In this document: piece after piece, positions 38,930 to 49,035 of the stretch
Position numbering within the stretch: position 1 is the stretch's first letter
Layout of the letters: each line of letters opens with the position of its first letter
Source of the DNA: Candidatus Kaiserbacteria bacterium
GTDB taxonomy: Bacteria; Patescibacteriota; Minisyncoccia; Phycocordibacterales; UBA2100
Reading direction: 5' to 3'
Assembly (NCBI GenBank): GCA_016186695.1
Contig: JACPLC010000005.1
Location: forward strand, 852 to 64,851
Length of the DNA: 64,000 bases
The notes under the pieces: generated by a model
The model's input: only the letters and a program-made list of their open reading frames with translations
The model's database searches: none
What the model was told of the DNA's origin: nothing
Position numbers and translations under genes: made by a program

Positions 38930-40048
38930 ATGATGCGCCGCGTCAGAGTGCATATGGCAAAAAGGACATTCATCGGCATTTTCGTCGGCGTGCTCGCTTT
39001 CTCAGGCTACACGCTCTGGAGCGAGAGCAGGACAATACAGGCGGGAGGCGGCGCACAGGAAGAAACGGCTTCTGCGGATACGTCTGGCTCGGATGAGACT
39101 GCGGAAACGCCAAGCAAGAAAACCATCGAAGGCCTTGCGCATGCATGGCAGAGTTTTAACAACTGCTCGTCGGTCGGGCTTATGGTCGCGCTTTCCCACT
39201 GGGACATCCTAGACAGCCAAGAGGGTATCGCGGAGGCAACACGGCCGTGGAACAACCCGAGCGGAAATAACGACGATAAATCGGTCACGCTCTATGAACT
39301 CGCCGCCTATGCCGAAGGCGAGCACGGGCTCGTATCATTTGTGCGTCCAAATGGGACAATCGAGCTTCTGAAAAAATTCATCGCGAACGATATTCCCGTC
39401 GTCGCGCGCACGCTCACGTACGCTGACAAAGACATGGTGCACTACCGCGTCGTGCGGGGCTACGACGATGAAGCGGGAGTCATCATCGAAAGCGACGGCA
39501 TCAACGGCCCGAAGTTCTCCGTTTCGTATGACGACTGGATGCATCTCTGGAAGGACTACAACTACTCGTATCTCATTGCCGTTCCGTCGGAGAAAAAGGC
39601 GCTCGTCGAGCGGATTTTGGGAAGCGAGCGCGACGAGAGAGCGGCGTGGCAAAACGCAAAGGCACGCGCAGAGAGTGGATTATCGAAAAACCCCTCCGAC
39701 ATATTCGCCCACTACAACCTCGTTACTGCGCTCTATTACCTCGGCGACTATGAAGACACCGTACGTGAGTTCGAGAAGATTGAGTCGCGTCTCACGCGCA
39801 GAGTACTGTGGTATCAGCACGAGCCCATTGATGCTTATTTCCGGCTCGGGAATTACGACCGCGTCCTTGTTCTCACCGATGGCGTCATTAACGACAACAA
39901 CAAATCCGTTTCCGAACTCTACGTGCTGCGCGGAAAGGTGTTTGAGAGCCGAGGCGATACTGCCGCCGCGCGCGCCGAATACGAAAAGGCCCTGCTCTAC
40001 AACAAACACCTCCAATCGGCCAAAGATGCGCTCGCCGCCTTGCCCTGA
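38930..40048 (+). CDS. C39-like peptidase domain protein with C-terminal TPR repeats
   Basis: N-terminal TM segment, a Cys..His papain-like spacing (NCSSVGLM ... HYRVVRGYDD) and a TPR-like C-terminus. Confidence 0.55.
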   Translation: MMRRVRVHMAKRTFIGIFVGVLAFSGYTLWSESRTIQAGGGAQEETASADTSGSDETAETPSKKTIEGLAHAWQSFNNCSSVGLMVALSHWDILDSQEGIAEATRPWNNPSGNNDDKSVTLYELAAYAEGEHGLVSFVRPNGTIELLKKFIANDIPVVARTLTYADKDMVHYRVVRGYDDEAGVIIESDGINGPKFSVSYDDWMHLWKDYNYSYLIAVPSEKKALVERILGSERDERAAWQNAKARAESGLSKNPSDIFAHYNLVTALYYLGDYEDTVREFEKIESRLTRRVLWYQHEPIDAYFRLGNYDRVLVLTDGVINDNNKSVSELYVLRGKVFESRGDTAAARAEYEKALLYNKHLQSAKDALAALP

Positions 40049-40074
40049 GCGTGTTGAAGGGACTTGGCAGTTAA

Positions 40075-40455
40075 CTACTTCTTTTCTTTACTATAGTCGT
40101 ACCACACAGCCTCGATGTTGTTGCCGTCTGCATCGTGAACAAACGCCGCATAGTAGCCGACCCAGTAGTCGGTACGATAACCCGGTTTACCGTTGTCCTT
40201 CCCACCCGCGGCAAGCGCTTCTTTGTAAAAATTGTCTACCGACGTCTTGTCTTTTGCCTCAAAAGCTACGTGACCCGGCACAACTTTCTCTTTCTCCCCT
40301 ATCCAAAAGCTCGTCTGCCCGCCCTCCATGTAGCCCCCGGCCTTCCACTCCGGATGGTCTTGCGTGAATTCGTAACCGACGGGCTTCAGAGCCTCCCGAT
40401 AAAACTCTTTCGCCGTTTGGTAACTGCTCACCGCAATGCTCGCGTGCGCGATCAT
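40075..40455 (-). CDS. VOC/glyoxalase-family protein
   Basis: 126 aa with a VOC fold pattern. Confidence 0.6.
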   Translation of the reverse strand: MIAHASIAVSSYQTAKEFYREALKPVGYEFTQDHPEWKAGGYMEGGQTSFWIGEKEKVVPGHVAFEAKDKTSVDNFYKEALAAGGKDNGKPGYRTDYWVGYYAAFVHDADGNNIEAVWYDYSKEKK

Positions 40456-40591
40456 ATTTTTGCATTGTTAGCACTGATAACTTTGCGTACAACAACAATT
40501 GTACGCAGTGCACGTGTACAAACAATGGGCCAAGTCTTACGACAGTAATAACGCTTTATTTTTCCACGTTCTTCGCTATACTGCGCGGGAT

Positions 40592-40663
40592 TCCGGGGTA
40601 ACTCAATGGTAGAGTGACTCCCTGTTAAGGAGTAAGTTGTGGGTTCGAGTCCCACCCCCGGAG
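40592..40663 (+). tRNA. tRNA-Asn (GUU); integration target of an island
   Basis: Acceptor TCCGGGG/CCCCGGA, anticodon loop CTGTTAA, T-arm GTGGGTTCGAGTCCCAC. Confidence 0.85.
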
Positions 40664-42147
40664 CTAGGTGAGACAGCAGACAGTTTACGGATAGTGTCAT
40701 ACGGTTTTCGCAAGGCAAACCGTAGCTCTTTTCCTTTCACTGTCGAGTTCTGAAGTAAGTACGCTAGAATCTCCCGTTTTTCATCCGGTTCAGAACTTCC
40801 GAAGATTTCTCCGAAGCGTTTGGAGATGCTCAGCAGCGTCCCAACATGGATGTGATAGCGATGGTCGGCCTTCGTGTGTTGCTCCATCTCCGCATTCAGT
40901 CGATCCTGCGACTCCTTCAGTTCTCGTAATTTATTATCATACTCATCGGTGGTAATACTCCCGTCCAGTCGAAGGTCCAGTAGGCTTTGTATTCGCTTTT
41001 GGGCCTTGTCGTACTCCGCACGTATGCGTTTAACCTCGCGCTCGTAGAACACCGCCTCGCTATCGTGGCTCTGACGAAGTTCGGTTACCAACCGTTCGTG
41101 CACTTGGTCCGGGACGTTTTCGAATTCCTTGAAAAGCGCGTGGAGCGGTTTCAGGAGGTCCTCTTCCGACGTATATACTCGCTTGCAAATACCTTTCGCA
41201 TTCGTGCAGGAGTAGTAGATGTACTTGCCCTTCTTCAGTTCGGGGCTCATGAGACAGCCGCAATCTTCGCAGCGAAGTATTCCTTTCAGGGCAAACGGCT
41301 TCGAGAGTATTTTCGAACGCTTGTCGCCCCTGCCTTCACAGACGTCCCGGCATCTTTCGAACAGTTCTTGAGATATCAGACGTGCATATTTGTGCTTGTG
41401 TTCTCCGTGCTTCCTCGATTGCGCGAAACCGATGTAGAAGCGATCCTTCAGAATTCGCTCTACATTGCTACGCGACAACTTCTGGCCTTTGAGCCCTCGT
41501 AGGCCGAGCTTGGTTATCTCTATCCAGAGTGCGCGAATCGAATACGAACCTGAGGCATATAGCTCGAAAAGCTTCACGATCAGATGGGCGCGCTTCGGAT
41601 CCGGAACGATATCATTCAAGATAACTTTTCCTTCGGCATCCTTTTTCTTATCACGGATGTATCCGATCGGCGGGTGTCCGGTGAATTCTCCATTACGGCG
41701 CTTATGCTCGAACGTGCGCTTTACGTTGTCGCTCAACTGCAAGATATACGCATGTGCCATGAGTACTCCCATCTCCCAGCGGATGATGTCCGCGCTGTTG
41801 GAATGCCTGTGTATGACCAGATTCTCGCGGTAGAAGTGAATCTCGACCTTGCCCTCTTTCACTAACTCGTCCAAGTACACCATGTCCTTGAATGAACGCA
41901 TGAGGCGGTCGATCGTATCGAACACGACCGCCATACATTCGTTGGTGCGTTCCCCCTCTTTCACCACGCTTTCTAATGCCTCCCTGAACCGCTTACGCTC
42001 TCCACGAGTGGACGATTCTTCGATCTTGTAAGTCTTCCAATGCTCGAGACCTCCTTTTTGCTTCACGTAGTCCGAGACTCGCATGATTTGAGCTTCGTTC
42101 GAATCTTGCTCTTTGTCGGAAACGCGAGCGATGATTGCAGATTTCAT
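40603..42147 (-). mobile_element. Large serine recombinase (integrase)
   Basis: N-terminal resolvase domain with catalytic Ser (IIARVSDKEQ), a Cys-cluster zinc ribbon (CEDCGC...CTNAKGIC) and a coiled coil. The last 61 nt of the ORF are antisense to tRNA-Asn. Confidence 0.85.
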
Positions 42148-42160
42148 ATATTTGTTATTG

Positions 42161-43282
42161 TTATTTTACTCTAATTTTCCTCTTAATTTTCCCCAGCAGG
42201 CGGACGGGTTTGTACGCCCGCAGCTGAGCGTTCATCTCCTCGTACCATTCTTCGGGCCGCAACCCCACGAGGGCGGCACCTATGCTACGCAGGCTTTTCA
42301 CGAGGCTGTACCACGTCGCTACGCGCCTTTTGGAGAGCGCGAGCGTGTTTCTTAGTCCTCCCATACCGCCTTCGTCTTGCGCGAGAGCCAGCAGCCCCAC
42401 GAGGCGAATCGCGTGTGCGACCCCTATACCCCGTCGGGCAAGCATGATGTCGCGCAGCAACGCTTGCGGTCCCGTTCGACGCGAGAAAAGTATCGCGTCA
42501 TCTCTGTTCGCGAGCTTCTCCCAGTAATGAAGAATGACCGCCTTACTCACTTTTAACGAGAATGCTTTCCTGAACGTGAAAGCATCACCGTGGCCCACAC
42601 TCACGAGCAGTCGGCGTAGCTTCTCTTTTCTTGTCAGCCGCACCTCGAATCTCACGATGCTATCTTCCTGAGATAACACCTCCATCGTTTCTTCGTCGAG
42701 CTCTCGCTCAAGTTCCGCGAGCTTGTCGTACACCGAAATCATGTGCGACTTCGTGTACCACTGCACTCCCGTTCCGTCGTTCGAATACTTCACGTTCGTC
42801 TGCTCGATGCGTCGGTTGGCGTTGATTTTCGCCAATTGACCGATGACATGAGAAGCCGAATGCACTCTTTTTAGGATGACGTTCTTCGAGTAGTGGATCT
42901 TGGCTATCTCCGCTTGTCGCAGACATACGTCGGAGACCTCTACCCCCATCCTCGAAACCCGATCCTGCAGAAGCGCAATCACCGTCTCGAAATGACGTTC
43001 CGTCAGCTCGTCGAGATTGTGACCAAAGACGAGCTTCGGAGCGGAGAACTGGACATGCATGAACGAGATGCTCTTACCGTCGCGCCACGACACGTATCCC
43101 GTAAGGAGCGGAAAATACATACCTCGCGCCACATCCTCCGGAGGCGCATCCTTGACGTATCTTCCATAACCGCGCCCGGTAGCGCGGAACTCCCATCCCT
43201 CCCACTCACGACTGCCATCGCACTTGATCCTCCTCGGCAGTGTCGCTTGCATGGGAATAGTCATGACCACCGTGTCGATCAT
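42161..43282 (-). CDS. Rep_trans-like rolling-circle replication initiation protein (putative)
   Basis: Motifs SVYDK and VRFEVRLTRKE resemble the RstA/RepC FYDK ... RFELE signature; 373 aa. Confidence 0.5.
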   Translation of the reverse strand: MIDTVVMTIPMQATLPRRIKCDGSREWEGWEFRATGRGYGRYVKDAPPEDVARGMYFPLLTGYVSWRDGKSISFMHVQFSAPKLVFGHNLDELTERHFETVIALLQDRVSRMGVEVSDVCLRQAEIAKIHYSKNVILKRVHSASHVIGQLAKINANRRIEQTNVKYSNDGTGVQWYTKSHMISVYDKLAELERELDEETMEVLSQEDSIVRFEVRLTRKEKLRRLLVSVGHGDAFTFRKAFSLKVSKAVILHYWEKLANRDDAILFSRRTGPQALLRDIMLARRGIGVAHAIRLVGLLALAQDEGGMGGLRNTLALSKRRVATWYSLVKSLRSIGAALVGLRPEEWYEEMNAQLRAYKPVRLLGKIKRKIRVK

Positions 43283-43527
43283 GGATCTTGGTTCGGAACT
43301 TCACCCGCATAGAGGTGCGGATTTTCTCGCTTGTCGATCCGTAGGAGGAGAGCGTACAGGCCGACGATATTGCTCTTCGATTCGAAGTCCTCGAAGATTT
43401 CATTTACGATCCGTTCGATGGATGAGTCGTTTTCTTTCTCTTTCATCTGATAATCGATGCTTGCGCGACAGTCGGATAGGACGGGCTCGACGGTCCCATC
43501 GCGCGTTCTAATGAGCTCACGAAGCAA
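43279..43527 (-). CDS. Hypothetical small protein translationally coupled to rep
   Basis: 82 aa; overlaps the rep start by 4 nt. Confidence 0.35.
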   Translation of the reverse strand: MLRELIRTRDGTVEPVLSDCRASIDYQMKEKENDSSIERIVNEIFEDFESKSNIVGLYALLLRIDKRENPHLYAGEVPNQDP

Positions 43528-44153
43528 TCTCCGCTAGCCAACCTCCGTCCGCAAAATGCGCGACGTGAAGTGTTTTGTATAAAAACAAAACGCCCCAGCT
43601 TATGAAGGGTCGTGTACCGAGCGCTTGGCTCAGTCAGCGACCTCTCATCACCTGGAGGCGTTTCCTTCGCTTGGGATCAAATGCAAGTGATCCGGCGACT
43701 ATCGACTTTGAATCATCCTCTAAACATCGATAGCGTAAACGTGGCTTACACCACGGCGAGAACGATTTGTCCTCGCGGCATTGTCTCGAAAACGAGACGA
43801 TCAAACAGGTATCGCGATTACGCGATACAAAGATCTATCCAACTGTTATTAATTATACACTATTCGTAGCCGAAAATCCAGCCCCAATATCCACAGAGGT
43901 GAACCAACAATCCTTTCTGTTTTCTGGAATCGCAGGAACAAAAGTTTTTATCAGAGAAGAACTTGGCTCGCGCACCGGTATCGTATTGTAGCTTTTTAGC
44001 CTTGTATGGGACCCGTAAACGACCCCCAGACCCGTTCCGGAATTCCACCGATGCGAAGTAAAAACTGAATGTTTTGAAGGACTAATTAGGGGACACCAAA
44101 GTTCTTGCTCGTCGCAATGGTCGGGTGACGAGAGTGTTAACCATGTCATAACC

Positions 44154-44720
44154 ATGAACACATACGGAAAGCGTACGTCATACCCGATACGTAAGATCGC
44201 CGTGCGAAGCAGCGTGCAAGACAAGAAGCATCCACTTCGCGAGGTGATCGAGAAATGTATCGGCACTCACGATCTTCGCGTAGTAGTCGAGGAAGATTTC
44301 TCCACGATAAGCGCCATGAAGCGCGACGACGTCGTAGCCTTCATTTGCAGCATCGTGCGGGAGGGAAAAGTTCTATCGCAAGGACGGGGTAGCGTAATTC
44401 TCCCCTCCAGCGGTCGATTTCTGACTCGGAGTGTGCATTCGGCGTTCAATTCGTCCATCGCGGATGCCGCAATCCGGGCCACGAAGGTGCTGGACACCTT
44501 TCGCTGCGGAAACGAGACGAATACTGTCAGCCCCATTGGCGAGGCGTACAGAGCGAAAGAGGACGAAGAGTCTGCTCCTGCAACGGACAGGCAAAAATCC
44601 TACTTGCGCGAGCTCATCCAAATCAACCTCGACGAAGATGAGCGTGAGAAGTGGGAATCGCAGCTTGGAGAGCTCACCAAGCAAGAAGCGTCTCGCATGA
44701 TCGCTTCATTCCAGCGATAG
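44154..44720 (+). CDS. Hypothetical protein (island cargo)
   Basis: 188-aa ORF. Confidence 0.35.
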   Translation: MNTYGKRTSYPIRKIAVRSSVQDKKHPLREVIEKCIGTHDLRVVVEEDFSTISAMKRDDVVAFICSIVREGKVLSQGRGSVILPSSGRFLTRSVHSAFNSSIADAAIRATKVLDTFRCGNETNTVSPIGEAYRAKEDEESAPATDRQKSYLRELIQINLDEDEREKWESQLGELTKQEASRMIASFQR

Positions 44721-44774
44721 TCACGTACTACTAGGCGGTGGCTCTATTGAGCCGCCGCCTGGTGTGCGATTTTA

Positions 44775-44996
44775 TCACTTCACGAAGTAGGAAATGCTCT
44801 TGCCGTACATCCGGGCGAATCGCTTTAGCTCCACTACATCCACCCGTTGCTGCCCCGACTCCACGTTGGAGACGTGCGACTGCGGACGATTGAGCTTCTT
44901 TGCGACCTGTACCTGCGTAAGGCCGGCATCAAGACGGGCCTTCCGAAGACGTTCGACGAAATAAGCGTACTCCTTGGTGTGAATAGACTTCTTCAT
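44775..44996 (-). CDS. XRE-family HTH transcriptional regulator
   Basis: LTQVQVAKKLNRPQSHVSNVESGQQ is a classic Cro/CI HTH. Confidence 0.8.
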   Translation of the reverse strand: MKKSIHTKEYAYFVERLRKARLDAGLTQVQVAKKLNRPQSHVSNVESGQQRVDVVELKRFARMYGKSISYFVK

Positions 44997-45089
44997 AGAG
45001 CAAAGGCTCTATCCAAGAAGCCGATATCCAAAATCCTGATATTATGCTAGGCTCTATCAGCTCGCTTTTTACCAAAAAAATACACTTGT

Positions 45090-45344
45090 ATGTTCAAAAT
45101 AGTCGTGATTATTGCAGATATCGTATTGGGCGGTCTCATGTTGCTCAACCTCATTTTCGATGGTGCGCCAGCCTACTTCGACGCAAAAGACGTGTTTATC
45201 ATCACGGCTCTGCTCTTCGTGAACGTCGCTGCACTGTTCTGGAACTACGAGGCCAAAGATTTGATCACCTTGTATTTCCGACGGAAAGCGTTGGAACAGC
45301 AGAAGAAAATCGACGACCTCAAAGGGTCATCACAAGCGATATGA
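45090..45344 (+). CDS. Small membrane protein
   Basis: Two TM helices. Translationally coupled (ATGA) to the next ORF. Confidence 0.45.
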   Translation: MFKIVVIIADIVLGGLMLLNLIFDGAPAYFDAKDVFIITALLFVNVAALFWNYEAKDLITLYFRRKALEQQKKIDDLKGSSQAI

Positions 45345-45817
45345 GCGACGCGGTCGACGACAGTACACGATGGAGGAGGAACATACTCTGGGCTCTGGGT
45401 TTACTCGCTGCAGTGGTAATCGTCACGTTCTCATACGGTCTTGCAGAGTACTTTGTGCTCGACCGTATCGCACCTCATTTCCCCCACTACACGGACGAGG
45501 ACACAGCGAGAATATTCGGCCCGCTGTATGGTTACGATTCGGACATCACACAGTACGCGGCGCATCCGCTGGCAGTCGCGATCAATTCCACAATCGACGC
45601 AATGCGAGATGATGTGGAGACGCGGTCAAAAGCCCTTCTCGACGACGTGTATTCTGTCATGGAGACCATCCTGATTTTCTTGGCCGGCGTATTCGCCATT
45701 CTTGCGATTCGCTCGTCAGATTCGTCAAAGCGACGCTATATCGCCCTTATGTTAACAGTTCTTTCGGGCGTCGCACTCGTCGTCTGGATAGCCACAACGC
45801 TTAGTAAGGTATTATGA
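45341..45817 (+). CDS. Membrane protein
   Basis: Internal start at MSDAVDD. TM helices at both ends. Confidence 0.4.
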   Translation: MSDAVDDSTRWRRNILWALGLLAAVVIVTFSYGLAEYFVLDRIAPHFPHYTDEDTARIFGPLYGYDSDITQYAAHPLAVAINSTIDAMRDDVETRSKALLDDVYSVMETILIFLAGVFAILAIRSSDSSKRRYIALMLTVLSGVALVVWIATTLSKVL

Positions 45818-45829
45818 ACCCATTAACCT

Positions 45830-46765
45830 ATGGGACTCGATCCAGCACAGGGGTACAAAACGAGGCGTGGAAAGATGTTAATCGGCACTGCAGAAGATAT
45901 TCTCCGCTCTCCTGCAGCCAAGAGATACAAAGGTAAGATACAGCTCGTTTTCACATCACCACCCTTTCCGTTGAATAGGAAGAAGAAATACGGGAATCAT
46001 CAAGGGGAACGATACGTTGAATGGTTGGGAGATATGGCTCTTTTGTTGAAGGAGTACCTTACAGAGAATGGGTCAATCGTTATGGAGATGGGCAATGCGT
46101 GGCAACCTGGCGCTCCCGTCATGTCCACGTTGGCACTACGCTCGTTACTCGCTTTTCAGGACAAGGCAAATCTTCATCTCTGTCAGCAATTTATATGCTA
46201 TAACCCCGCTCGTTTGCCCGGCCCAGCGCAATGGGTTACGGTGGAGCGGGTTCGAGTAAAGGACTCTTTTACTCACGTTTGGTGGATGTCACCAAACGAG
46301 CGGCCCAAAGCCGATAATCGTCGGGTGTTAAAGGCTTACAGCAAAGCCATGTTGCAGCTGCTTGCCACAAAGAAATACAATGCCGGAAAGCGTCCTTCTG
46401 AGCATTCCATCGGTGCGAAATCGTTTCTGAAAAATAATGAGGGTGCTATTCCATCGAACGTCTTGACCTTGTCCAACACTCGAACCAACGACCAGTATCA
46501 GCTCTATTGTCGTACACACGGCTTGCAGGTGCATCCCGCTAGGATGCAAATGGATCTCGCAGATTTCTTCATCAAATTTCTGACAGAGCCGGGAGACCTA
46601 GTGTTGGATCCTTTTGCAGGAAGCAACACTACGGGGGCTTCCGCCGAGAGATTGAAACGTCGTTGGATATCGATAGAACCCAATCAAGAGTACGTGAAAG
46701 GTTCATATGGCAGGTTCGCAGAAGAAAACGAAAACAAAAAATATGACGACGCAAAATTTATTTAG
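45830..46765 (+). CDS. Beta-class DNA methyltransferase (N4-cytosine or N6-adenine)
   Basis: Motif IV VFTSPPF at the N-terminus and motif I DPFAGSNTTG near the C-terminus. This is the beta-class order, and SPPF favours m4C. Confidence 0.8.
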   Translation: MGLDPAQGYKTRRGKMLIGTAEDILRSPAAKRYKGKIQLVFTSPPFPLNRKKKYGNHQGERYVEWLGDMALLLKEYLTENGSIVMEMGNAWQPGAPVMSTLALRSLLAFQDKANLHLCQQFICYNPARLPGPAQWVTVERVRVKDSFTHVWWMSPNERPKADNRRVLKAYSKAMLQLLATKKYNAGKRPSEHSIGAKSFLKNNEGAIPSNVLTLSNTRTNDQYQLYCRTHGLQVHPARMQMDLADFFIKFLTEPGDLVLDPFAGSNTTGASAERLKRRWISIEPNQEYVKGSYGRFAEENENKKYDDAKFI

Positions 46766-49034
46766 CATCCTCTTGAAAGCCGACACGTGTGCCGACGTGG
46801 AGGCAGCGATTACTCAATTTGAGAATGAGCACTCTGCTGAATGTACGTGGGTTCCCGTTGGGAAAAAAGATAACAATTCCGGTCCAATCAATATTGCTGC
46901 GGATCCGGGACGTTCCCTTGTGGAGCGTCTAACCAACGCAGTGGACGCCGTTCTCGAACGTGAGCACGAAGTGCGCGGCGGAAGCCCCGTCTGTCGAACA
47001 CCGCGTGAGGCTGCAAGTGCATGGCTGGGTATCCCGTCTGGAGGTCTCAGTGAAATGACGCAGCAGGCTCGGCGTGATCATGCGAATAATGTGATCATTC
47101 GTATCACCGAGGGTGAAGGTAGCAGAGAGGCTCGAACTGTAGAAGTGAGAGATCAAGGAATTGGGATTACGCCCGATCGCGTACCGACTACCATTCTTAG
47201 CTTGAATGAAAGTAATAAATGGCAAAAGCATTATCTTGCCGGAACATTCGGGCAAGGAGGATCGAGTACGTTTGCGGCCTCAGACTACACTCTCATCGCA
47301 AGCCGATACAAGGACGAACCTGTCGTTGGGTTTACTGTGGTGAAGTATCGCGACTTACCCCCAGATCTATTTAAGACTGGCCATTATGTGTATCTCGTTC
47401 TCAACAGCGCAGTGCTTCAGGCGGAGATTCCCGTTGAGGAATTCACTCGCGGCACGTTAGTCAAACATTTCGGCTACGACCTCACTTCGTATTCATCTCC
47501 TTTAGGGCCAAATAGCATATACGGTTTGCTAAACCAAACGCTCTTTGATCCGATTCTACCAATCTGGCTGGATAGCCGAGTACACAACTACCGCCGTGTA
47601 ATCAAAGGCTCTCGTAACGCGCTAAATGGCGCACTCGACGAAGGAGATGAGGGTTCTGGTCCAAAACTGTCACACAGCGCGCGGATGTTCTACATAAATC
47701 TTGGGGAATTCGGACAAATCGGCGTTGAATATTGGGTGTTAGAACGACCGAGTAAACAGGACAAACGTCCGTCGGCGGCATTCGTGAACCCCACGAAACC
47801 AATCATCCTCACTATCAACGGTCAGAACCAAGAAGAGATGTCCGCACTGCTCATACGCAAAAATTCGGAATTGCCCTATCTCTCGCAACGATTGATTTGT
47901 CACGTTGATTGTAATGGCTTGCACGCCGATGCGAAACGCTCGCTCTTTTCCTCCACCCGAGAAGGTGCACGCCGGGGGCTCATACACGACCTCATACAAA
48001 AGGAGATTATTCGCATACTACGCTCGGATGACGAGCTTACCCGTCTCAATGAAGAAGCCCGCAAGCAAGGAGCACAGGAGATGGATCAAAATGCCGTACA
48101 GCAGATGCGAAAAGAAGTCGCCAGAATTCTACAGATGCAGGGAGTAAACGTAGGAGATATCGGCGGCCTTGAAGTATCGACTGGAGATGGGGGAGGGTTA
48201 GATCGACCTCGGAAACCGACTCCGCCACGGCCACCAGTCGTTCCTATACCTCTGAAGGAGCCACCAACGTATATAAAAATACTATGGGATGAGGGAGAGG
48301 AGATTCCTTTTCATCCCGAACAACGGCGGTATATAAGAATCGAAACAGATGCAGAAAGCCGCTATCACAGAGCAAACGCGGAATCATCGCCAACTAACTT
48401 CATTGTGTCTGGAGAAGGCCTCGTATTGAAAGGCACCACGTCGTTGCAGGGAGGCCGCATGCGTGCCGTTTTTGAAGCTTCACCTAACGCTGAAGTCGGC
48501 GAGGGCGGGACAATTCGCGTTGAAATGACACGAAAGGGCCTCCCGACACTTACGGATGAAAGAAAATTCAAATTTGTTGTGCCTCCGCCAGTTCGTCAAA
48601 GCGAAAGCAAGCTTACCTTGCCGCCCTTTAGAGTGCAGCCAGTAGAGGGACCCGAGGATGCTCGGTGGACGGGTTTAGGTTGGCCTGACGACATCAACAT
48701 TCTTGCTTCTTCAGCGGAAATGGAGAATGGCGAACTCGTTATTTATTACTCCACCGTATTTCCTCGCTTCGCTTCCGCAAGAACTGCCTTCGAAAATCGC
48801 GACGCCGCATTGGTTTCGTCGTTCATAAAGCGCTACGAAATCTGGCTCGCAGTTCATTCATTTCTCTGGCATCGAGATCAAAGTACAACAGAGCCCGCTA
48901 ATCAAACGGAAGAGATGATTGCCGCAGCCGAGGCGCATGAGCAGCAAGAACGCTGCCGCATAGCAACCCTCTCCACGCTCTTCGCATCACGTGAGGCAAG
49001 ATTTTCCCAGGCTCCGCTTGAAGAACACGAGTAG
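46743..49034 (+). CDS. Large GHKL-ATPase domain protein (MORC/paraMORC-like), candidate restriction/defence partner of the methyltransferase
   Basis: GHKL N-box (LTNAVDAV), G1 box (VRDQGIGI) and G2 box (GTFGQGGSS) in the first 200 aa, followed by about 550 aa with no recognised family. Overlaps the end of the MTase. Confidence 0.6.
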   Translation: MTTQNLFSILLKADTCADVEAAITQFENEHSAECTWVPVGKKDNNSGPINIAADPGRSLVERLTNAVDAVLEREHEVRGGSPVCRTPREAASAWLGIPSGGLSEMTQQARRDHANNVIIRITEGEGSREARTVEVRDQGIGITPDRVPTTILSLNESNKWQKHYLAGTFGQGGSSTFAASDYTLIASRYKDEPVVGFTVVKYRDLPPDLFKTGHYVYLVLNSAVLQAEIPVEEFTRGTLVKHFGYDLTSYSSPLGPNSIYGLLNQTLFDPILPIWLDSRVHNYRRVIKGSRNALNGALDEGDEGSGPKLSHSARMFYINLGEFGQIGVEYWVLERPSKQDKRPSAAFVNPTKPIILTINGQNQEEMSALLIRKNSELPYLSQRLICHVDCNGLHADAKRSLFSSTREGARRGLIHDLIQKEIIRILRSDDELTRLNEEARKQGAQEMDQNAVQQMRKEVARILQMQGVNVGDIGGLEVSTGDGGGLDRPRKPTPPRPPVVPIPLKEPPTYIKILWDEGEEIPFHPEQRRYIRIETDAESRYHRANAESSPTNFIVSGEGLVLKGTTSLQGGRMRAVFEASPNAEVGEGGTIRVEMTRKGLPTLTDERKFKFVVPPPVRQSESKLTLPPFRVQPVEGPEDARWTGLGWPDDINILASSAEMENGELVIYYSTVFPRFASARTAFENRDAALVSSFIKRYEIWLAVHSFLWHRDQSTTEPANQTEEMIAAAEAHEQQERCRIATLSTLFASREARFSQAPLEEHE

Positions 49035-49035
49035 T

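Noticed and set aside
44775-44996. XRE regulator as the antitoxin of a toxin-antitoxin pair with 44154-44720
   Set aside because: The two genes are divergent and separated by 55 nt, not co-directional and overlapping. No toxin-like fold is recognisable in the neighbour.
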